From: an uncultured bacterium
Lineage (GTDB): Bacteria; Cyanobacteriota; Vampirovibrionia; Gastranaerophilales; Gastranaerophilaceae
Assembly: GCA_902766975.1 (NCBI GenBank)
Contig: CACXFH010000099.1
Location: 1-50,366, forward strand
Direction of reading: 5' to 3'
Length of the DNA: 50,366 nt
Shown here: positions 27,317-36,906 of the stretch, in pieces
How the letters are laid out: each line of letters opens with the position of its first letter
Position numbering within the stretch: position 1 is the stretch's first letter
Notes under the pieces: model-generated
Told to the model about the DNA's origin: nothing
The model's input: only the letters and a program-made list of their open reading frames with translations
The model's database searches: none
Translations under genes and position numbers: made by a program

Positions 27317-28216
27317 TTAGACCTGTAAGTGTTTTTTAATACACCAATAGCTGCCAATAGCCCCGAAAAGAATACTCATAGTAAACATTACAAGAATTAC
27401 TAAATTTTGCGCGTAAGGGGGAGAGGGAATCATAAAGAATTTATGAACATTATTCAGACCGTTTTGAATATAATTTAGCGGAACAACAGCTAATAACGAA
27501 CCGGTAAACCCGTAAAATGCCCCCTGCATAATAAACGGAAATCTTATATACCAATTATTCACACCCATTAAACGCATAATTTCGATTTCTTCTTTGCGTG
27601 ACTGAATTACAAGTTGAACAGTGTTGTTAATAATGGTTACAGTTAATAATGCCATAATTAATATAACTACAAAAGTTATTGTCTTTACCACGTGATTTAC
27701 AAGCTCAATTTTTGCCGCTAAATCTTTGGCATAGCTCATATCTTCAACAGATTTAATTGTTTTTATATTATCAAAAACTTCTTGCAAATTTTCAGGATTA
27801 TCAACCTTGACATGCAAAGTATCAGGTAAAGGATTGTCGATATTTGGCAATCTCATTTCGTTTTTTAATTTATCCCAAGAAACAGATTTTGGAATAGTTG
27901 TTATTTCTACAACATGCTCAAATCTTGAAATCTCTGACTTTGCTTCTTTAATATCGGAAGAACTTTTTAGATAAACAGATATTTCTAAAGCATTCCCAAG
28001 TTCTTTTGAAAAAGAGGAAATTGAAAGGGCAGTTCTGAAGCATGCTCCAAATATCATCAGGATTGCGGCCATAGTTGTAATAATAACCAGATTCACCAAT
28101 CCGGTTCTTTTAATATCACTAACTGTTTGAATTCCTAATCTGTACAAAATACGTAATTCGCACAGCCAATCTTTTGGTATATGTTTTTTTACATTTGATT
28201 TTAAATTATTATTCAT
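27317..28216 (-). CDS. ftsX: Cell-division ABC transporter permease FtsX
   Basis: 299-aa ORF with 4 TM segments and a large first extracytoplasmic loop. It overlaps ftsE by 8 nt. Confidence 0.85.
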   Translation of the reverse strand: MNNNLKSNVKKHIPKDWLCELRILYRLGIQTVSDIKRTGLVNLVIITTMAAILMIFGACFRTALSISSFSKELGNALEISVYLKSSSDIKEAKSEISRFEHVVEITTIPKSVSWDKLKNEMRLPNIDNPLPDTLHVKVDNPENLQEVFDNIKTIKSVEDMSYAKDLAAKIELVNHVVKTITFVVILIMALLTVTIINNTVQLVIQSRKEEIEIMRLMGVNNWYIRFPFIMQGAFYGFTGSLLAVVPLNYIQNGLNNVHKFFMIPSPPYAQNLVILVMFTMSILFGAIGSYWCIKKHLQV

Positions 28217-28886
28217 AGGTACCTGCTTGCATGTCTTTTACAATTTCACCGTGATCGAGTTTTATTACACGTTTTCTGAAATAATCAACCATATTATTGT
28301 CATGAGTTGACACAATAACAGTAATTCCTCTTTGATTAATTTGATTAAGGATTTGCATTATTTCCATAGAATTTTGCGGGTCTAAATTGCCCGTAGGTTC
28401 ATCAGCTATTAACAATGGCGGTCCGTTTACAATAGCTCTTGCAATTCCGACCCTTTGTTGTTCCCCGCCTGAAAGTTCCGCAGGAGTAGCATACATTTTT
28501 TCATATAAACCTACAATTTTCAGAGCTCCCTTAACTCTGTCATTTATTTCTTTGCTGCTGATACCGAGAGTCCGTATAACATAAGCTACATTATCAAATA
28601 CTGTTTGATTTTGCAATAATTTGTAATCCTGAAATACAATACCCATACAACGGCGTAAATTGGGGATTTTATTACTTTTAATATTGGCAATATTTATTCC
28701 GCCGATAGAAACTATGCCGCTTGTTGGTTTTTCTTCACTATATAGTAATTTCATCAAGGTCGACTTTCCTGCCCCCGATGAACCTACAACGAATACAAAC
28801 TCTCCTGAATTTATTTCCAAATCGATATTCCGCAGAGCATAATGGTCATTTTTATATTTTTTAGTCACATTTTTAAGTCGTATCAT
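28209..28886 (-). CDS. ftsE: Cell-division ABC transporter ATPase FtsE
   Basis: 225-aa ORF with Walker A GSSGAGKST, signature LSGGEQQRVGIARA and Walker B LLIADEPTGNLD. Confidence 0.9.
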   Translation of the reverse strand: MIRLKNVTKKYKNDHYALRNIDLEINSGEFVFVVGSSGAGKSTLMKLLYSEEKPTSGIVSIGGINIANIKSNKIPNLRRCMGIVFQDYKLLQNQTVFDNVAYVIRTLGISSKEINDRVKGALKIVGLYEKMYATPAELSGGEQQRVGIARAIVNGPPLLIADEPTGNLDPQNSMEIMQILNQINQRGITVIVSTHDNNMVDYFRKRVIKLDHGEIVKDMQAGTYE

Positions 28887-29842
28887 GCAATAACTTCCTT
28901 TTTGTACATGCTCAATATTCTTTTTACTAATGATTCAGAGTCCAAGCCATAATACCTAATCAATTCATCAGATTTTCCGCTTTGACCGAATTCATCATGG
29001 ATACCTATCCTATATACTTTTGCAGGATAATTCCCACATACAACTTCACAAACTGCAGATCCCAGCCCGCCGGTTGTTGAGTGATTTTCAACGGTAATAA
29101 GGAATTTTGTTTCTTTGGCACAATTAACAATTGTCTTTTTATCTATAGGTTTTACTACCGGCACATGTACTACTCTTACAGAAATCCCATGCTCTTTTAA
29201 TTTGTGAGATGCCAAAATACATTCGCATAATAGCTCTCCATTTGTAAAAATGGTTATGTCAGAGCCTTCTTCTACTGTCACTGCTTTGTGTATATTAAAA
29301 TGGTAACTTTCATCAAATATATCAGGAACATTACATCTTGAAAGTCTGATATACATGGGACCTTTGTGTAAGGCGGCATATTTGATAACTTCTTCGCATT
29401 CTCTGGCATCTGCAGGAACAATTACTGTCATATGCGGAATTTCACGCATCAGTGCGATATCTTCAAGAGCCTGATGGGTCGCCCCATCTTCTCCTACTGT
29501 TATACCGCCGTGGGTTCCGATAATTTTTACATCCAAATCTGAGTAGCATACTCCGTTGCGGATTTGATCATAAGTTCTGCCTGTTGCAAACATAGCAAAG
29601 GTAGAGGCAAACGGAATTTTCCCCTGAGTAGCCAGCCCGGCTGCAGTTGCAATCATATTTTGTTCTGCTATACCGCAATTATAAAATCTCTCAGGAAACT
29701 TGTCGGCAAATATTTTTGTTTGAGTGGAGCATGACAAATCTGCGTCAAGAACAACCACATTAGGATTTAGCTCCCCAATCTTAGCCAATGTATTTCCAAA
29801 TACCTTGCGAATTGACCTAGTAACATTCTTATCTATATTCAT
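28883..29842 (-). CDS. Transketolase, C-terminal (pyrimidine-binding plus C-terminal domain) subunit
   Basis: 319-aa ORF carrying FPERFYNCGIAEQNMIATAAGLA and GEDGATHQALEDIALMR. Its stop overlaps the ftsE start (ATGA). No N-terminal subunit gene lies upstream. Confidence 0.85.
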   Translation of the reverse strand: MNIDKNVTRSIRKVFGNTLAKIGELNPNVVVLDADLSCSTQTKIFADKFPERFYNCGIAEQNMIATAAGLATQGKIPFASTFAMFATGRTYDQIRNGVCYSDLDVKIIGTHGGITVGEDGATHQALEDIALMREIPHMTVIVPADARECEEVIKYAALHKGPMYIRLSRCNVPDIFDESYHFNIHKAVTVEEGSDITIFTNGELLCECILASHKLKEHGISVRVVHVPVVKPIDKKTIVNCAKETKFLITVENHSTTGGLGSAVCEVVCGNYPAKVYRIGIHDEFGQSGKSDELIRYYGLDSESLVKRILSMYKKEVIA

Positions 29843-30077
29843 TGTGCCCTCTAAATATTTCTACTAAAAAAATCCCCTTTACTCAATAGTATCACAAAAA
29901 TATTTATCAAACCACGTAAATAAAAATATTTTTTACAATATATAATATGTTGAATTTTACAATAATTGTAAAGTTTTATTAAAATCGTATATAAGATTTA
30001 GCAATTATTCATGTTTACAAACATTTAATAGGTAGAATGGTAGTAGACTTAATTTTTATGTAGGAAAGGAAGAATTT

Positions 30078-31136
30078 ATGAATCAAATCCCAATGATGCA
30101 ACCGATATATCCGGTGCAGGGTGCAAATTACGCACTACCCCAACAACCAAGTTATAATGCAGTAAAAATTGATATTCATAATCCGTCCGTAGGGACTCCC
30201 GGCATGGCTCCATGCCAACCGCAATATCAACCTCAATATGCTCCGGTAAATGCTCCGATATACAATTATCCGCAGTATCCGGTATATTGTCCGCAACCGC
30301 AAATTCCGGCAGAGCCTGTAGCGCAAGCTCCTGTTTATTACCCCGGACAACCTTTGCCGCAACCGGTACAATATCCGACTCAGCCGGCTGTAGTAAATCA
30401 ACAAAATGTAAATTATCCGCCTGCAGCTCCTCAACCTGTACCTGCTCAGGTACCGGCACAGGTTCCGGCTCCTCAGGTTTCAAATGCTCCGGCAGTAGAG
30501 CCACCAAAACCGGCAGAACCGGCTCTTGACCTTAACGGATTTATTTCAAGACTTACTAATCCAAACTTCGAAGGGCAAGCTGCAGCAATGGAAGAAATTG
30601 TAGATGTTGTAAACAAACAGCCTGAAAAAGCTCCGGAATTAGTTGATAAACAAGTATTTAAAGCTTTGAATGATATTATATCTTTTGATTCCTCAAAAAT
30701 TGAAGGACCTTCTCAAAAACAGTTAGAAATCAGACAAAAAATTATTCAAGGCGAACAAGTAAGCCCTGAAGATAGAGCATTGGCTGACAAATATTCGCCA
30801 AAAGAAATGGCAGAAACAAACAAAAGCTATGCGCTGTTCTCAATTGCATTATTAGATAAAATTTACGCTCAAGAAATCAAAAAAATATCTAATAACACTG
30901 TTCCGTTAACTGATCTGCCAAGCGTAGTTAATGTGGTAAATCAATTAAAAGACAATCCTAATCCTATGGTAAGAGTGTCTGCAATTGAAGCATTAAGCTA
31001 CATTCAAGATCAAGTTAAAGAACCTGAGTACAAGAAAGATTTAACAACTCTATTCACGGTTGCTAAAAATGATCAGGATGCAAGCGTCGCAAGTGCAGCT
31101 CAGGCAGCTTTAGATAAATTAAATAATGCGGCATAA
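30078..31136 (+). CDS. Pro/Gln/Tyr-rich low-complexity protein with C-terminal HEAT-like repeats
   Basis: 352-aa ORF with GGAAAGGAAG upstream of the ATG. The first ~150 aa are P/Q/Y/A/V-rich, and no signal peptide is visible. The C-terminus has helical repeats (NPNPMVRVSAIEALSYI, DQDASVASAAQAALDKL). Confidence 0.6.
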   Translation: MNQIPMMQPIYPVQGANYALPQQPSYNAVKIDIHNPSVGTPGMAPCQPQYQPQYAPVNAPIYNYPQYPVYCPQPQIPAEPVAQAPVYYPGQPLPQPVQYPTQPAVVNQQNVNYPPAAPQPVPAQVPAQVPAPQVSNAPAVEPPKPAEPALDLNGFISRLTNPNFEGQAAAMEEIVDVVNKQPEKAPELVDKQVFKALNDIISFDSSKIEGPSQKQLEIRQKIIQGEQVSPEDRALADKYSPKEMAETNKSYALFSIALLDKIYAQEIKKISNNTVPLTDLPSVVNVVNQLKDNPNPMVRVSAIEALSYIQDQVKEPEYKKDLTTLFTVAKNDQDASVASAAQAALDKLNNAA

Positions 31137-31176
31137 GAAAGAGCTTAAAAAATCATAAATTTCCTTTCTTTAATAA

Positions 31177-31200
31177 AAGCCCCTGAAATAGGGGCTTTTT
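31177..31200. terminator. Bidirectional terminator between convergent genes
   Basis: agcccct / aggggct forms a 7-bp stem with loop gaaat. T5 follows downstream and an A-run lies upstream. Confidence 0.75.
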
Positions 31201-31201
31201 A

Positions 31202-31921
31202 TTATGAATTTATATTTTGTTTTTCTGTGCTCGACTCCGGTTTTGGAACACAATTTTCATAGTCTGCCATTTCTGCTATTTGCTGTGCCCACTTATAGAT
31301 AATTTCTTCATGAGATAACTTGTATGATATAGGTTTCCCTATTTTAATTATTACATGCTGCCGTCTAAAAGGGAATATCGGTAAAACTTTTAAATATCCC
31401 GTCCATTCTGATATCGCAACCGGTACGATATCTGCTTTTGCTACTTTTGCGATTTCTGCAAACCCTTTTTTTATTCCTTCAAGTTTGCCATAAGGTTTAA
31501 CCGTTCCTTGAGGGAAAATTCCCAAAGACCAATTAGTGGTTAATATATCTCTTACTGTTTTAAATGTCGCAATTTCAGGCTTTGTACGGTCTACAGCAAA
31601 AGCGCCCAGCCTTTTTACAAGCCAATTTATTTTACAATCAGGTTCAAACAACTCTTTTTTTGCCATAAATGCAATAGGGCATTGAGTTCCCATTACTACC
31701 ATCGGGGGGTCAAGTTGAGAAACATGGTTTGCAGCATATATGTACTTGCCGCGTTTTGCCATTTCTGACGGAAGATTTTCACGCCCGAGAACTTTGTAAT
31801 CGTAATATAAATTGTATATAGGATATACGATTAAATACAAAAACGATAAATAAAAAACAGTTCTAAACCAATGATATTCGTTTGCGTATCTTCTGTTAAA
31901 ATTTCTTGTTTCTTTCGCCAT
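31202..31921 (-). CDS. 1-acyl-sn-glycerol-3-phosphate acyltransferase family protein
   Basis: 239-aa ORF with an N-terminal TM, the HxxxxD motif (NHVSQLD), and FPQGT. Confidence 0.75.
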   Translation of the reverse strand: MAKETRNFNRRYANEYHWFRTVFYLSFLYLIVYPIYNLYYDYKVLGRENLPSEMAKRGKYIYAANHVSQLDPPMVVMGTQCPIAFMAKKELFEPDCKINWLVKRLGAFAVDRTKPEIATFKTVRDILTTNWSLGIFPQGTVKPYGKLEGIKKGFAEIAKVAKADIVPVAISEWTGYLKVLPIFPFRRQHVIIKIGKPISYKLSHEEIIYKWAQQIAEMADYENCVPKPESSTEKQNINS

Positions 31922-32590
31922 CTATTCTGCACCCCCGTCAGCGGAAGATTCTTCAACATATTTAAACCCCGTAAGTTCTTGGATTTGCTCTATCCATTTA
32001 TTTTTCACGGATTCCAAATCTTTATCATAAGGAATAATCTTACCTATTTTCACTATAATTTTGCCTGAAAACGGCATCCATTTTGCTTCATTTGTTCCGG
32101 TAATTCCAACCGGCAGCACATCACATTTTGTTAATCTTGCCAGTCCGGCAAAGCCTTTTGTAACTCCTTTAATTTCTCCAGGAACACCTCTTGTTCCCTG
32201 AGGGAATATACCTAAAACCCATTTGCTGTCATATATGGCTTCAACAGTTTTTACTGTCGATGGACTCAAATTTTCTCTGTCCACTGAAAATGCCCCAAGC
32301 CAGTCAAGCCACCAACGTAACAATCTTATATTAAATAATTCTTTTTTTGCCATAAAGGAAACATTCCTCGGCATTATTGCAACTATCATTGGAGGATCAA
32401 GTGTTGACAGGTGATTTGGGCAAATAAGGTATCTGTTGTTTTTAGGGATATTTTCATATCCGTGAACTTCAATTCTGTAAATAAGTTTTAACCTTGCCAT
32501 ATAAATACATTTGCAGACTATAAACTGCCACATAGCTCTAAACCAATTAAATTGAGAGGATTTTCTCTTTGAATATTCTTTTTTAGCCAT
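31922..32590 (-). CDS. 1-acyl-sn-glycerol-3-phosphate acyltransferase family protein (tandem paralog)
   Basis: 222-aa ORF with NHLSTLD and FPQGTRG. It abuts the downstream paralog with no gap. Confidence 0.75.
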   Translation of the reverse strand: MAKKEYSKRKSSQFNWFRAMWQFIVCKCIYMARLKLIYRIEVHGYENIPKNNRYLICPNHLSTLDPPMIVAIMPRNVSFMAKKELFNIRLLRWWLDWLGAFSVDRENLSPSTVKTVEAIYDSKWVLGIFPQGTRGVPGEIKGVTKGFAGLARLTKCDVLPVGITGTNEAKWMPFSGKIIVKIGKIIPYDKDLESVKNKWIEQIQELTGFKYVEESSADGGAE

Positions 32591-32701
32591 ACATCCCTCC
32601 TAATCAATAAAAGTATTATACACAAAAATAACTTTACATTCCACACTCAAAAACTTTTTTAGTGTATTATCAAAATATGAATTAATAAACAGGAGGCTTA
32701 T

Positions 32702-34969
32702 ATGTTAATAAAATCAGAAAATCCGTTAGAAAATGAGTTATTCAAAAGTGTATATGAAAAGACACCGGATTATATTAAGAATTTGAAATTGATGGATTTT
32801 TCAAATAATAATGATTTTACTTTTACATTAAAAAAAGAGCATCTTAAGCCTTATGATGAAAAAACAAATCCTCAAGGGTTAAATTTAGAAGAATGGTTTG
32901 CCGGATATGCTAAAGAAGCTAAAGTTTCAACTGCAGGAATAAGAGGCCCGCAAAATATTCTCAATCCTCAGGACACCAGATTCCCGATAAATTTAGTTGG
33001 TATTGTTCTTGCGACACTGGCAAAGGCTCTTGTTGCAAAAGAAAAGTATCCGAATAAAAGAATAGTAAAAGTTGCAGGATGTGAAGTGAGATATAATTCT
33101 CAATTGTTTCTTGATGCGATTGCAAGAATTCAGGCTGCACAGGGTATAGAAACACTTGTTCCTCAAAACAGAAAAACAATTCCTATATGGCTTGCTTCGT
33201 TTTTGGCTTTTAAATTAGATTTATTGGGCGGAGAATACATTACATCAAGTCATGGGATTTCTGTTAAAAATGCAACAAAAGATTTAAATTCTCAAGGTAG
33301 CCAGTATTTGCCCGAGGAATCGATGGAATTTGTAAATAAGATACAGGAAATTTTTGACAAAACGAATAAAAATGGGGTTTACGAAATAAAAATTTCTGCA
33401 AAAGATAATCCGCTGATTAATGAAAAAGCAATGGCAAATATTGAGGATGGGGTAAATCTTTATGTCGACTACTTGAAATCAGGGGTTGCGCAAGATGTCA
33501 ACCTTGATTTAATTAAAAACTATAATTCAAAAATTATTGTCGAATGTGTTGGAGGAAGCGCATATAGAACACTATCGAGAGTTTTGGATAAATTGGGTAT
33601 ATTGAATAAATTTGATTGGTCAAATACTGCTGAAACACCATTTTTTCATGGTATCGGGAAATATGACCATACTCCAAAAGGCGAAAAAGCCTTTTACGAT
33701 TATTCGGTTGATGCAACTGTCGTTGCTCAAAAACATGATGGCACAAAATATTTTCCTGTAATAGAAACAATGCATTATGACAAAAAATTATGCAATTATC
33801 CTGTCGGAACGTCTGTTTTAATTACTGACCCTGACCATGACAGACTTACAGTTACTCAAATAGAATACGCAGAAAGAATGGAGGAACTAAACAGTCTGGG
33901 GTTAGATTATGTGAAATTGGATAATGACAGGATTCTGACTGTATTCACGGCAAATCAGGCATTTTTGATGATTATGGATTTCTGGGCTAAGCAATTAAAA
34001 GCAAAAGGAGCATGGAACAATCATCCGCGTTTTATGATAAAAACAACTGCATCTGCTCTAAGTTGGGATGAATGGGGTAAAAATAACGGAGTTAAAGTTA
34101 TTAATGTTCCAGTTGGATTTAAAGAAATTGCGAATATAATGAAAAAAGTTGAATTAAAGTTAAAAAACCAACCTGATAAGGATATAATCATTGATGATGT
34201 ATTAGGTAATCTGATAAATCTCGGTGTTAATCCAAGATTAGTCTTTGGCGGCGAAGAATCAGGCGGTATGATTATGGGTACTGAAGAACTCATCAAATCC
34301 GAGCATGGACGTCTTGCGGTCGCAATGAGAGAAAAAAGCGCAACGGAAGCCATAATTGTTACTTCAGCACTAATTGCAAAACTTAAAGACAAACCGTTAT
34401 CTCAGTACCTAAAAGACGTTTTTGAAGAAAATAATATTATCGGCAGATACGATACCAGGGTCGATATTGCATATTACAATGAATCAGAACCCGATATAAA
34501 TAAATTAAAAGCCGAAAAAATCGCAGGAGAAGAAAAACGCACGCTTAACGATAAATTTTATCTTTCAATGGCAATTGCATTAAAAAAAGATGATATTAAA
34601 CTAGAAGATATAAAAAATATACTCAATGACAAATTCAATTCAACAGGGCTAAATTTTGATAATCTAAAATCGGTAAAATTTGTTGGAGACGGTACATATT
34701 TTGAATTTGAAGATAAATATATAGAAATTCGCCCCTCAGGAACCGATGCAAAAACCAAAGCCTATGGCGGGGGATTGAATAAAGACGATATTCAAAAATA
34801 TGCAACGGTATTAGGCAATTATTCCGGCGAAAGAACAGAATTGCACAAAAAATACATCAGCCAAAATATTTATGACAACTGTAAAGATTTAGCAATGGAG
34901 TATTATCTTGCTTTTGTTGATAAAGATGCTAATAATGAGCCGTTCGAGATCCCGCAGTATAATTTTTAG
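32702..34969 (+). CDS. Alpha-D-phosphohexomutase superfamily protein (divergent, 755 aa)
   Basis: It has a metal loop ITDPDHDRL, a sugar loop GGEESGG and a phosphate loop IRPSGTDAKTKAY. The catalytic-Ser loop reads ITSSHGIS rather than the usual T(A/S)SHNP. AGGAGG lies upstream of the ATG. Confidence 0.65.
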   Translation: MLIKSENPLENELFKSVYEKTPDYIKNLKLMDFSNNNDFTFTLKKEHLKPYDEKTNPQGLNLEEWFAGYAKEAKVSTAGIRGPQNILNPQDTRFPINLVGIVLATLAKALVAKEKYPNKRIVKVAGCEVRYNSQLFLDAIARIQAAQGIETLVPQNRKTIPIWLASFLAFKLDLLGGEYITSSHGISVKNATKDLNSQGSQYLPEESMEFVNKIQEIFDKTNKNGVYEIKISAKDNPLINEKAMANIEDGVNLYVDYLKSGVAQDVNLDLIKNYNSKIIVECVGGSAYRTLSRVLDKLGILNKFDWSNTAETPFFHGIGKYDHTPKGEKAFYDYSVDATVVAQKHDGTKYFPVIETMHYDKKLCNYPVGTSVLITDPDHDRLTVTQIEYAERMEELNSLGLDYVKLDNDRILTVFTANQAFLMIMDFWAKQLKAKGAWNNHPRFMIKTTASALSWDEWGKNNGVKVINVPVGFKEIANIMKKVELKLKNQPDKDIIIDDVLGNLINLGVNPRLVFGGEESGGMIMGTEELIKSEHGRLAVAMREKSATEAIIVTSALIAKLKDKPLSQYLKDVFEENNIIGRYDTRVDIAYYNESEPDINKLKAEKIAGEEKRTLNDKFYLSMAIALKKDDIKLEDIKNILNDKFNSTGLNFDNLKSVKFVGDGTYFEFEDKYIEIRPSGTDAKTKAYGGGLNKDDIQKYATVLGNYSGERTELHKKYISQNIYDNCKDLAMEYYLAFVDKDANNEPFEIPQYNF

Positions 34970-35090
34970 AAAATTATTACTGTTGTGAGAATGGCATAAC
35001 TTGTCTTTGTTTATTGTATAATATGTATACGGGTCGGCATTACTATGTCGATAAACAGTTCAGTATTGTATTGCCGACAAAATTATATAA

Positions 35091-36842
35091 ATGAGGAAAG
35101 ATATGTTAAGAGATTATTTTTTAAATAAAGTTGAAGATGCTTTAATTAATGCAATTGCAGCCGGTAAAGTCGGGCAAATGAGTGAATATACAAAAGGTTC
35201 TTTAATAGTTGAAAAACCTAAAAATCCTGATTTTGGTGATTTCGCAATAAATATATCTTCCCTTGCTCGCAGTGCAAAAATTGCCCCTCCAATGATAGCG
35301 AATGCGATTGTAGAATTTATTGACAAAGAAGATAATGAATACACGGTTGTTGCAGGATTTATAAATTTTAAGGCAGGCGAAACACTTTTAATAAATCTTG
35401 TAAAAGAAATAATTGATAAAAAAGAAAATTTCGGGCGCCCTGAAAATGTTGAAGTTGAAAAAATAATATTGGAATATATATCCGCAAATCCGACCGGTCC
35501 GTTTCATATAGGTCATGGAAGATGGGCGGCAATGGGCAGTGCCTTGGCAAATTTATTGAAATTTTACGGGCATGAAGTTTATCAGGAATTTTATATAAAT
35601 GATGCAGGTTCACAAATTCAAAAGCTTGGCAATTCTCTAAAAATTCGTGTGCGTCAGGAGCTTGGTGAAAATGTTGATTTCCCGACCAATGAAGAAGAAA
35701 GAAAAAATTATTATCCCGGGGACTATTTAATTCCTGTTGCGAAGGCTTTTATTGCTAAACATGAGGATATTCTGCGTTCTGTTAATAATGACGTTGATAA
35801 AATAGACTTATCAATATATTGTGATTTTGCAAAAGAGTACGAAGAAAAGGTTCAGCGTGATTTATTGGATAAATTACATGTAGAATTTGATAATTTTTAT
35901 TCGGAATTAACTTTGCATAATTCCGGAAAAGTTGCCCGCTACGTTGAAAAGTTAAAAGACTCAGGAAAAATTTATGAAAAAGATGGCGCAACGTGGTTCA
36001 AATCTTCTGATTATGGAGATGATCAAGATAGGGTTATTAAAAAAGTTGACGGCTCAAACACTTATTTGACTGCTGATATTGCCTATCATGCCGACAAACT
36101 AGAACGCGGTTTTGACAGAATGATAGATATTTGGGGTGCCGATCATCACGGATATATCCCGAGAGTCAAGGCATCTCTGGAAGCATTGGGATATGACCCG
36201 AATAAACTTGAAGTTCTTTTAGGTCAGCTTGTTAATTTGGTTATTGACGGAAATGAAGTACGTATGGGTAAGCGTAAAAATATGGTAACTTTAGAGGATT
36301 TGGTTGACGAAGTCGGGGTTGATGCCACAAGATTTTGGATGACAATGCGAAATATTGACACCACTCTTGATTTTGATATTGAACTTGCCAAAAAATCAAC
36401 GGATGAAAACCCTGTATTTTATGTCCAATATGCACATGCAAGAGCTTGTTCAATCATAAGAAATGCAACATTGCCAAAAACTGACACAGAAAGCGGAAAG
36501 GTAATTGCACCGATTATAACGGAAAATGATTTCACGAACCTGCTTGCGAATTTTGATAAAAATATCATTAAATTGACGCTTAATGAAGCAAGAAAGCTTA
36601 TTTTAAAACTTGAAGAATTTAAACACTTGATTATAACATCAGCTCGTGACAGGCAAGTTTATACTATTTGCCGTTATGTTCAGGATTTGGCTGCGGAATT
36701 CCATTCATTCTATAATTCAACAAGGGTAATTACAGATGATAATGAAATGACTAAAGCAAGATTATCGCTTGTATATGCATTCAAAACGGTACTGTATAAT
36801 GCTCTCAAAATTATTGCAGTATCTGCTCCTGAAAGAATGTAG
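35091..36842 (+). CDS. argS: Arginine--tRNA ligase
   Basis: 583-aa ORF with SANPTGPFHIGHGR (HIGH), GADHHGYI, the anticodon-binding DALR C-terminus, and the terminal M typical of ArgS. Confidence 0.95.
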   Translation: MRKDMLRDYFLNKVEDALINAIAAGKVGQMSEYTKGSLIVEKPKNPDFGDFAINISSLARSAKIAPPMIANAIVEFIDKEDNEYTVVAGFINFKAGETLLINLVKEIIDKKENFGRPENVEVEKIILEYISANPTGPFHIGHGRWAAMGSALANLLKFYGHEVYQEFYINDAGSQIQKLGNSLKIRVRQELGENVDFPTNEEERKNYYPGDYLIPVAKAFIAKHEDILRSVNNDVDKIDLSIYCDFAKEYEEKVQRDLLDKLHVEFDNFYSELTLHNSGKVARYVEKLKDSGKIYEKDGATWFKSSDYGDDQDRVIKKVDGSNTYLTADIAYHADKLERGFDRMIDIWGADHHGYIPRVKASLEALGYDPNKLEVLLGQLVNLVIDGNEVRMGKRKNMVTLEDLVDEVGVDATRFWMTMRNIDTTLDFDIELAKKSTDENPVFYVQYAHARACSIIRNATLPKTDTESGKVIAPIITENDFTNLLANFDKNIIKLTLNEARKLILKLEEFKHLIITSARDRQVYTICRYVQDLAAEFHSFYNSTRVITDDNEMTKARLSLVYAFKTVLYNALKIIAVSAPERM

Positions 36843-36906
36843 ATATAAAAGTTGAAATAATGTAAAGATGCTGTTAAGGCGTTTATTACGCAAGTTTGTC
36901 GAAAGT

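Noticed and set aside
27405-27432. Possible fifth copy of the GC-rich element inside ftsX (minus strand attccctctcccccttacgcgcaaaattt, encoding IPSPPYAQN).
   Set aside because: Only the CCCTCTCCCC arm matches. The partner arm is missing, and I cannot show an insertion relative to other FtsX proteins. It may be a remnant or a coincidence.
29956-29972. Perfect palindrome tttacaat-a-attgtaaa in the divergent promoter region between the tkt subunit gene and the P/Q-rich gene.
   Set aside because: It is pure A/T in a very AT-rich intergenic region, so chance occurrence is plausible. There is no second copy or associated regulator gene.
30076-30529. Three ORFs of 99-143 aa on other frames or the opposite strand over the start of 30078-31136.
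   Set aside because: These are artefacts of the Pro/Gln-rich GC-biased segment. They have no independent start context, and their products are low-complexity.
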